A DNA stretch of 60,712 nt, taken from contig JAFGIG010000097.1 in the NCBI GenBank assembly GCA_016929715.1, positions 1-60,712 on the forward strand, read 5' to 3'. Below the pieces are notes generated by a model. That model saw only the letters and a program-made list of their open reading frames with translations, made no database searches and had not been told where the DNA came from. Below are positions 54,596 through 60,712 of the stretch, piece after piece; the stretch's first letter is position 1, and the number at the start of each line of letters is the position of its first letter. The translations under genes and the position numbers were made by a program. This DNA is from a candidate division WOR-3 bacterium. GTDB lineage: Bacteria > SDB-A.

Positions 54596-55353
54596 ACTTC
54601 ATTAGCTTGTTATCATTCTCAACCACGGGAATATACTGCGACGAAAACAACGTCAAATATTTTAACGAATCTTTCTACGAAAGTTATCAGGCGAAGCTCT
54701 CTCTATTCCGTGCCGAAAACGAAAATGCCTTCCCCGGCGGAATAGTATTCATAGGAAATTCAATCACTCAGGGCTTTGATGTCAAAAGATTCTTCCCCGG
54801 AGTAATAGTTTACAACAGGGGCATAGTCGGCGATCAGTTAGGAATAGGAGATTACGCCGGCGTTTCCAAAAGACTCGGCGAATCTTGTTTTGATCTCGAC
54901 CCAGTCGCGGTTTTTCTCATGATAGGCATTAACGACATCGGCGCAAGACCGGTCTCCAGAACCGCTACCGGCTACGCTTCTCTCCTCAAGGCAATACTGG
55001 ATTCGCTTCCAATGGTCGAACTTTACGTTCAGAGTGTTCTTCCGACATCAGGCGATTATTCGGGGCTAAATCCGTCAGTCGATTCCCTCAACTCTCTTTT
55101 GCAGGAGATTGTAGATGAAATGTCTTTATTGTATTATGTCAGATTCATCGATCTCAGCACGCAGTTCAAGGATTCAACGGGCAGGCTTAAATCAGATTAT
55201 TCATACGATGGACTTCATCTTTCACAGAGCGGTTTTGCCAAGTGGGCTGAATTCATAAATCCTCTCATATACAAAAACACATTCTTCATGATTTCATCCG
55301 ACAGCACACCGATTGAAGATTTATACGGAAATTGGCAGGATTACGGCCAGTAA
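54580..55353 (+). CDS. SGNH/GDSL-family hydrolase
   Basis: IVFIGNSITQGF (block I Ser), MIGINDI and DGLHLSQSG (block V D-x-x-H). Confidence 0.8.
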   Translation: MAFFLNFISLLSFSTTGIYCDENNVKYFNESFYESYQAKLSLFRAENENAFPGGIVFIGNSITQGFDVKRFFPGVIVYNRGIVGDQLGIGDYAGVSKRLGESCFDLDPVAVFLMIGINDIGARPVSRTATGYASLLKAILDSLPMVELYVQSVLPTSGDYSGLNPSVDSLNSLLQEIVDEMSLLYYVRFIDLSTQFKDSTGRLKSDYSYDGLHLSQSGFAKWAEFINPLIYKNTFFMISSDSTPIEDLYGNWQDYGQ

Positions 55354-55363
55354 ATTTTTATTC

Positions 55364-56386
55364 TCAGCCGATAAGACCGAGTTTCACAAGATCCTGAATA
55401 TCCAGAATCCCGACAGGAACTCCGTTCTCGACTACAATGAGATTGTCGTATTCATGACTGGAGAAAAAATTAACCGCCTCGCACAATAAGGCATCCGACG
55501 AGATAGTAGACGGATTGTTGTTCATGAAATCGGACATTTTGCAGTTGACTATATCTTTTCCTTTTTGTCTTAGATGCCTTCTCAGGTCGCCGTCAGTGAA
55601 TATACCCGCCAGAAAGCCGTTTTCATCCAGAATCGATACAGCTCCGAGCCTTGATTCGGTCATCTTTACCGCAGCGTCAAGCAGAGTTTCATCTTTGCCG
55701 CAGACCGGGTTGTATTTTCTGATTACGTCCTTTACTTTGACGGTCATGAGTTTCGTGTGTTCGAAAAATTTGGTTGTCCCTTCGTTGGTCAGAGAATTAT
55801 CGCAGAGTTTCATCAAAACAGAATATGGGACTGTGCAGGCGTGGGCTCCTGCCAAAATTGCCTGCCTGACGTGCTCGGCGTGTCTGACGGAAGAGACCAT
55901 TATCTGAGTTTCATAACCGTATTTATCTGCAGTTTCCGCGAGGTCGGACACCAGCGCAATCGCGTCATGTCCCTGATCGTGAAGTCTGCCCACGAGAGGA
56001 CAGACGTAAGAAGCTCCTGCTTCCATCGCGAGATATCCCTGATTAAGAGTGTAAACAAGATGAACATTTACGAGATTTCCTTCTGCTACAAGCCTCGTGC
56101 AGGCTTTTATTGAATGATTGGAAACAGGTATCTTAAACACTGGTTTGGTTTTCAGGGGCAAAGATAATATTTCGTGTGCTTTCCTGATAATTTGATCCGC
56201 ATCTTCTCCCAGAGCTTCGACGTGAAGTTCGGGCACCATTTTTGACAGTTTGACAATGGCTCCGTTTATGTCAGTTATCCCCTTTCTGTGCATAAAAGTC
56301 GGCGTGGTCGTCAAGCCTTTCAAAACACCTAATTCGAACGCCTCTTCAATTTCTTTGAAATCTACCGAATCAAGAAATATTCTCAT
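55364..56386 (-). CDS. fusion protein: fructose-6-phosphate aldolase/type-3B transaldolase barrel + KdsD-type CBS pair
   Basis: The N-terminal ~215 aa are colinear with E. coli FSA (MRIFLDSVD..GLTTTPTF; Schiff-base Lys in VFKIPV; GASYVCPLVGRL). The C-terminal ~115 aa carry KdsD/KpsF hallmark strings (AGIFTDGDLRRHL, VGILDIQDLVKLGLIG). The start overlaps the kdsA stop by 17 nt. Confidence 0.8.
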   Translation of the reverse strand: MRIFLDSVDFKEIEEAFELGVLKGLTTTPTFMHRKGITDINGAIVKLSKMVPELHVEALGEDADQIIRKAHEILSLPLKTKPVFKIPVSNHSIKACTRLVAEGNLVNVHLVYTLNQGYLAMEAGASYVCPLVGRLHDQGHDAIALVSDLAETADKYGYETQIMVSSVRHAEHVRQAILAGAHACTVPYSVLMKLCDNSLTNEGTTKFFEHTKLMTVKVKDVIRKYNPVCGKDETLLDAAVKMTESRLGAVSILDENGFLAGIFTDGDLRRHLRQKGKDIVNCKMSDFMNNNPSTISSDALLCEAVNFFSSHEYDNLIVVENGVPVGILDIQDLVKLGLIG

Positions 56387-57218
56387 TTATTCCGCCTTTT
56401 ACTAAAAGATTGTGAATTTGGATTATCGGACCGACGAATTTTTCGAATTCTTCAGTGTTCAGTTGGCTCGAGGAATCGCAAAGGGCATCCCTCGGGCAGG
56501 GGTGAACTTCGAGAAACAAACCGTCAATTCCTGAAGCCGCCGCCGCCCTTGCGAGAGTGGAAAGGTATTCTTTTCTTCCTCCTTCCGGCTCAGCGCTCGG
56601 GATGCCGTATTTCCTGACGCTGTGAGTTGCGTCAAATACAACCGGGTATCCGATTTTGCCTAATTCAAAAAATGATCTCGGATCCACCACAAGATCGTTG
56701 TAGCCGAAAGTATAGCCTCTTTCAGTAATCATCAAATCATTATTCCCTGTTTTCTCCGCTTTTTCCACCGGATATCTCATGTTTTCCGGCGCGATGAACT
56801 GTCCGTGCTTTATGTTGAGAGGTTTTTGTGTCTTTGCCGCCTCTTCCACAAGCGAAGTCTGCATGCAGAGATACGCCGGTATCTGGACAAGATCGAGTAT
56901 TGTCGAAGCTTTTCGTGCCTGCTCTGCGGTATGAACATCGGATGTCACGGGAATGTTAAATTCATTTTTAACTTTCAGAAGTATTTCAAGGCCCTTATCT
57001 ATCCCCGGTCCCCGGTAGTTTTCGGGCGAACTTCTATTGTCTTTGAGAAAAGAAGATTTGAATATGAAGCCGACCCCGAGTTTTTCACATGACTTTGCCA
57101 AAAATTCCGCGGTCTCCATGGTGTTGTTTTCATTTTCAATTACGCACGGACCGGCTATGACGAATAAATTTTCTCCGCCGCAAAAAACATCTTTTACTCT
57201 GATTTTTTTTCTGCTCAT
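56370..57218 (-). CDS. kdsA: 3-deoxy-8-phosphooctulonate (KDO8P) synthase, metal-dependent type
   Basis: FVIAGPCVIE (Cys as in metallo-KDO8PS), FKSSF.KDNRSS, DVH, KHGQF and FDATHS motifs. Confidence 0.93.
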   Translation of the reverse strand: MSRKKIRVKDVFCGGENLFVIAGPCVIENENNTMETAEFLAKSCEKLGVGFIFKSSFLKDNRSSPENYRGPGIDKGLEILLKVKNEFNIPVTSDVHTAEQARKASTILDLVQIPAYLCMQTSLVEEAAKTQKPLNIKHGQFIAPENMRYPVEKAEKTGNNDLMITERGYTFGYNDLVVDPRSFFELGKIGYPVVFDATHSVRKYGIPSAEPEGGRKEYLSTLARAAAASGIDGLFLEVHPCPRDALCDSSSQLNTEEFEKFVGPIIQIHNLLVKGGINENIS

Positions 57219-57268
57219 AAAGTTTGCTGGAACAAGATTTCTCCTGCCGGGCTCCTTTTTTTTCTACA

Positions 57269-57296
57269 ATTATAGGAAATAAAAAATAAAATGCAA
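57269..57296 (-). promoter_or_regulatory. sigma70-like promoter for kdsA-(FSA-CBS)
   Basis: Minus strand TTGCAT (57296-57291), N16, TATAAT (57274-57269), within the 163-nt gap upstream of kdsA. Confidence 0.4.
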
Positions 57297-57381
57297 GCTT
57301 TCAAAATTAAAGACATAGTTTCCACAGCAAGTTAACCAGGAAAATTGCCCTCGGATCTTAAGCGGCATAATCCATGACTGT

Positions 57382-58161
57382 TTACTTGACCTCACCTGAA
57401 ATAAACTCAAGTATATCGGCACAGCCCTCACCGTGGGACTTTTCGCTCAAATACAGTTTTCCTTTTTCGAGCGGAACTCCTTTCTTCAGGGTTAAGATCT
57501 CTTTTTTACCTGCTAGCCTTGAAAAGATTTTTTTCGAAAGATTTGACGGAGCAAAAGAATAATCAGCTTCTACCAAAAGAGGCAGGTCGTTGAGCGAATC
57601 GGCTATTGAGAAGATAGAGGCATCTTTGTCTATTTTTCTCAGGCCCAGATATTTGTCCTCGCCGCTGGGGACAATATCAACCGCCACATCGGAATGAGTC
57701 GCGTAAAAGCCGGTTATTTTTTTATCGGATAGAAAAACTTTTACCTTTTCAAACAGTTTTTCGGGTGGTTCTCCTGAAGTTCCGTCGTCAGTGAATATGC
57801 TCACTGTTGCAAGCCTTCTTGCAAAATATTTTATGCTTCCGAGATCGGCTTTTTTCAGCTCTTTTTGGAGTTCTTTTACTGAAAAAATAATCTCCTCAGA
57901 CAAAATCACCTTTTCACTTGTTTTGTCGCTATAGACGCATCCTGTCTCAAGGACAAGCCCTTCAACAGCTTCGAGGATTTTTTTGGAAACATGCTTTTTA
58001 ACAAATTCAAGGTCGTTACCCGAGCATATAAATATTCTGAAACGGTCATTGAGACTCAGGAAAATATCAGATATTTTTTGCGCGAGTTTTTCGTCTATTT
58101 TCCAACCGGCGTCGAGAAGAGTTCCATGCAGGTCGACGCCGATGAGGTTTTTACGGGGCAT
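57382..58161 (-). CDS. HAD-IIB (Cof-type) hydrolase with atypical DxH motif I
   Basis: Motif I is IGVDLHGTLL (His where DxD Asp+2 is expected). A cap region follows, then GEDKYLG (motif III Lys) and IADSLNDLPLL (motif IV). Confidence 0.75.
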   Translation of the reverse strand: MPRKNLIGVDLHGTLLDAGWKIDEKLAQKISDIFLSLNDRFRIFICSGNDLEFVKKHVSKKILEAVEGLVLETGCVYSDKTSEKVILSEEIIFSVKELQKELKKADLGSIKYFARRLATVSIFTDDGTSGEPPEKLFEKVKVFLSDKKITGFYATHSDVAVDIVPSGEDKYLGLRKIDKDASIFSIADSLNDLPLLVEADYSFAPSNLSKKIFSRLAGKKEILTLKKGVPLEKGKLYLSEKSHGEGCADILEFISGEVK

Positions 58162-58510
58162 TTACGTTTAGTATTTCCTGAATCGCTTTCACGAGAGCCG
58201 GTTTAGGCAAAGCCCCCATGGACATTTGAGGGCTTCCGCCTTTTGGAACGAACAAAAGGCTCGGTATGCTCTGAATTCCGAAAACTGCCGCAAGTTCCTG
58301 CTGGTCTTCGGTGTCCACAGAATAGACGTTTATCTTGCCGTCGTATTCTCTGGATATCTCCTCGAGAACAGGTCCGAGTATTTTACATGGTGCGCACCAG
58401 TCGGCGTAAAAATCGACAATGCAGGGCAGACTGCATTTGAGTTCAAGATCTCCCTCTTTTTCATAGTCGAAAATTTTCTCTTTAAAAGTCTCTTTAGTCA
58501 GTTTCTCCAT
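58151..58510 (-). CDS. trxA: thioredoxin
   Basis: VDFYADWCAPCK active site; 119 aa. Confidence 0.9.
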   Translation of the reverse strand: MEKLTKETFKEKIFDYEKEGDLELKCSLPCIVDFYADWCAPCKILGPVLEEISREYDGKINVYSVDTEDQQELAAVFGIQSIPSLLFVPKGGSPQMSMGALPKPALVKAIQEILNVNAP

Positions 58511-58549
58511 TTCTCCTCCGTTTTGTGTTCAAACGAATATTCTATCTCA

Positions 58550-59653
58550 TCAGTCGTTGACGCCGAAGCAAGTCCCGACAGATTTTGCCGAAAGCACGAG
58601 ATTGCAATCCCGCGGAACGAGTTTCAACCCTTTTATCGCCTCTTCGACAGGCACGTCAACTATGTCTTGTCCCTTGAGAGCGACCATTTTTCCGAATATA
58701 TCCATGTTTATCAATCTCGATGCTTCCGTCCCGAACCTCGTTGAAAGTATTCTGTCGAAAGCGCTTGGCGAGCCGCCTCTCTGCAGATGTCCCAAAACTG
58801 TCACTCTCGTCTCGAGTCCTGTATTTTCCGTGATTTTTTGTGCAACATAATTTCCTACACCGCCGAGTCTCTTCGGATCCGTCCTAGTCGCGTCTTTGCC
58901 TTTCACGACAAGTTCCTCTTTCTCTGCATGAGCTCCTTCAGCTACTACTACAATGCTGAATCTCTTGCCTTTCCTGCTTCTCGATCTTACTTTGTCGTAA
59001 ACCGCTTCCCATTGAAACGGTATTTCCGGTATAAGAATGATATCGCCTCCGCCTGCCACGCCGGCATGAAGCGCTATCCAACCCGCGTAGCGGCCCATTA
59101 CTTCTATGACCATAACCCTGTGATGCGAAGACGCCGTAGTGTGAAGTCTGTCAATAGCTTCCGTCGCAATATCCACTGCTGTCATGAACCCGAAAGTGAC
59201 ATCCGTTCCCTGAAGATCGTTGTCAATGGTTTTGGGAACACCGACAATGTTCATACCCATATCACCGAGTTTTTTGGCAATATTCATAGTCCCGTCTCCG
59301 CCTATCGCGACTACAGCGTCGAGTTCCCACTTTTCATAATTGAAAAGGACCTGTTTTGAAGCGTCGGAGATGTTAAGCTTTCCGTCGGGCATTGTGACAG
59401 GATAGCGGAAAGGGTCGGCTTTGTTGGAAGAGCCGAGAATAGTTCCGCCGATGCTCAGTATTCCTGAAACCGAATTCTCGTCGAGGTCGATTTTTTTTGA
59501 TTCGACGAAACCCTCGAAACCGTCCTCTATGCCTATGACTTCCATTCCCCATACATTTATGGCGGATTTTGCGACTCCTCTTATGACCGCGTTCAGTCCC
59601 GGACAGTCCCCTCCCCCGGTCAGAATTCCGATTTTTTTGGTTTTCAAAGACAT
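58550..59653 (-). CDS. pfkA: 6-phosphofructokinase (PFK-A family)
   Basis: GILTGGGDCPGLNAVIRG, AIGGDGT, PKTIDNDL and MGRYAGW motifs. Confidence 0.93.
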   Translation of the reverse strand: MSLKTKKIGILTGGGDCPGLNAVIRGVAKSAINVWGMEVIGIEDGFEGFVESKKIDLDENSVSGILSIGGTILGSSNKADPFRYPVTMPDGKLNISDASKQVLFNYEKWELDAVVAIGGDGTMNIAKKLGDMGMNIVGVPKTIDNDLQGTDVTFGFMTAVDIATEAIDRLHTTASSHHRVMVIEVMGRYAGWIALHAGVAGGGDIILIPEIPFQWEAVYDKVRSRSRKGKRFSIVVVAEGAHAEKEELVVKGKDATRTDPKRLGGVGNYVAQKITENTGLETRVTVLGHLQRGGSPSAFDRILSTRFGTEASRLINMDIFGKMVALKGQDIVDVPVEEAIKGLKLVPRDCNLVLSAKSVGTCFGVND

Positions 59654-59744
59654 CTCTCCTCCGTTTTCTCTTGATATTTAAGAGCTAAGATTATAACATT
59701 ATGTCAGTGAAAAAAACAAAAAACCTTTTACACGGAGGAAAAGA

Positions 59745-60712
59745 ATGAGGAGATTTGCTGTGTTTTTTGCTGTAGTTCTGATTGCTGCCTCTCTGTCGGG
59801 TGAGATGCTGCACAAGAGCGGAGAGGTCATTGTCAAGTTCAGGACAGACCTCAGGAATTCAGTATCTCTTGAAAGCGACGGTTCTTCAGTGAGGAGCGGC
59901 TTTGCTACCGTCGATGCGGTTTTTAACTCCTGCGAGGTCAAGTCTTTCAGACAGCTCATTCCCGACTACGATTTTGCGAAAACCTACGACTACGGACTCG
60001 ATATGATATACGTATTTTACTGCTCCTCAGACCAGATGGCTATGTCGTCAATTGACGCTTTCATGACCTGCTCGGAGGTGGATTACGCCGAACCGAATTA
60101 CATTATGGAGCGTTTTACTGACAAGCACAGCACCGGTTGGGAGCCTTTTCTTACACCCAACGATCCCTATTACTCTTATCAGTGGTTTCTCCCTCAAATA
60201 AGCGCCCCCGCTGCATGGGATATACAGACTGGAAACCATGGAAAAATAGTTTCCATCGTGGACGACGCGGTCGAAAGAGGACATGAAGACCTTTCCCCCA
60301 ACTACATGACTGGATACGACTATGTAGACAACGACAACGACCCCACTCCGCCCAACACAAGCGAAAGCCACGGAACTCACTGTTCCGGATGCGCCGCCGC
60401 CAAAGGCAACAACTCTCTCGGCGTTGCGTCCATCGGCTTCAACGTAGGCCTTATAGGAGTCAGGACCGGACTCTACACTACCGCCCTCACTTCGGGTATA
60501 TATTTCTCTTCCCAGAACGGAGCTGACGCCCTCTCTCTCAGCTGGGGAGGCTATTCGCCTTCGGCGACAATAGAGGCGGCAATAAACGATGCTTTCAACA
60601 ACTACGACGTCCTCGTTTTCGCCGCCGCCGCCAACGACAACATCAGCACACCGCCGTATCCCGCCTATTACACTAACGTAGTCGCCGTGGCGGCTTCGGA
60701 TCAATACGACCA
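59745..60712 (+). CDS. secreted S8 (subtilisin-like) serine peptidase, N-terminal part (runs off window)
   Basis: Not in the ORF track (no stop in the window). Manual translation from ATG 59745 (GGAGG 6 nt upstream) gives MRRFAVFFAVVLIAASLSG.., an I9-like propeptide, NDPYYSYQW, the catalytic Asp region VSIVDDAVE and the His region SHGTHCSG, then VVAVAASD. The frame is open to the edge. Confidence 0.85.
   Translation, partial: MRRFAVFFAVVLIAASLSGEMLHKSGEVIVKFRTDLRNSVSLESDGSSVRSGFATVDAVFNSCEVKSFRQLIPDYDFAKTYDYGLDMIYVFYCSSDQMAMSSIDAFMTCSEVDYAEPNYIMERFTDKHSTGWEPFLTPNDPYYSYQWFLPQISAPAAWDIQTGNHGKIVSIVDDAVERGHEDLSPNYMTGYDYVDNDNDPTPPNTSESHGTHCSGCAAAKGNNSLGVASIGFNVGLIGVRTGLYTTALTSGIYFSSQNGADALSLSWGGYSPSATIEAAINDAFNNYDVLVFAAAANDNISTPPYPAYYTNVVAVAASDQYD

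Noticed and set aside
58226-59359. 172-aa and 190-aa plus-strand ORFs
   Set aside because: They are antisense shadows of trxA and pfkA, both of which have unambiguous active-site motifs. They have no recognisable domains.
60048-60704. 218-aa minus-strand ORF at the window end (and 59699-59959)
   Set aside because: It is G/V/R-rich and antisense to the plus-strand S8 peptidase frame. That frame carries the signal peptide, propeptide and the Asp and His catalytic motifs, and it stays open to the edge.
1-60712. Search for CRISPR arrays, tRNA/rRNA genes, IS elements, integrases, prophage or toxin-antitoxin/defence islands
   Set aside because: Intergenic spaces are all under 200 nt and show no repeat-spacer periodicity or tRNA-like structures. 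No ORF shows transposase, integrase, nuclease-helicase or other familiar defence-protein motifs. The window looks like core chromosome plus signalling and secretome genes.

Overview
Compact, almost fully coding bacterial chromosomal window (many 1-4 nt start/stop overlaps, and convergent genes only 3-10 nt apart). I found no rRNA, tRNA, CRISPR array, transposase, integrase or prophage signal. Positions 1-17.2 kb (minus strand) hold a complete division/cell-wall (dcw) cluster: mraZ-[STAS-like ORF]-rsmH-ftsL-ftsI-murE-murF-mraY-murD-ftsW-murG-murC-murB-ftsQ-ftsA-ftsZ-yggS. A sigma70-like promoter and three 10-bp-phased TGGG/GGGG repeats (MraZ-box-like) precede mraZ. ftsI is split by a frameshift at an A7 run. 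The remaining 43 kb mixes four gene classes. Housekeeping: rarA, hutI, radC, peroxiredoxin, thioredoxin, pfk, kdsA and an ABC exporter pair. Signalling: a tandem-cyclase/STAND/TPR protein, a CHASE2 cyclase and a PAS/GAF hybrid kinase. Secreted peptidases: M1, C39-like, M48, C10 and S8, three of them with a shared T9SS/FlgD-Ig-type C-terminal domain. Unusual genes: see below. KDO8P synthase implies a diderm, and the CTDs suggest an FCB-superphylum-like uncultured lineage (inference only). The most interesting observations are these. (1) An FSA/transaldolase barrel is fused to a KdsD-type CBS pair and translationally coupled to kdsA, suggesting non-canonical arabinose-5-P supply. (2) A bacterial Elp3 lies divergent from a Trm9-like methyltransferase, suggesting a eukaryote/archaea-style xm5U34 pathway. 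(3) A cytoplasmic ExeA-like ATPase + giant TPR + unknown-protein cassette. (4) A cyclase-STAND-TPR protein whose two cyclase domains are degenerate in complementary ways. All family calls rest on motif recognition by eye; no searches were run. I found no canonical defence system.
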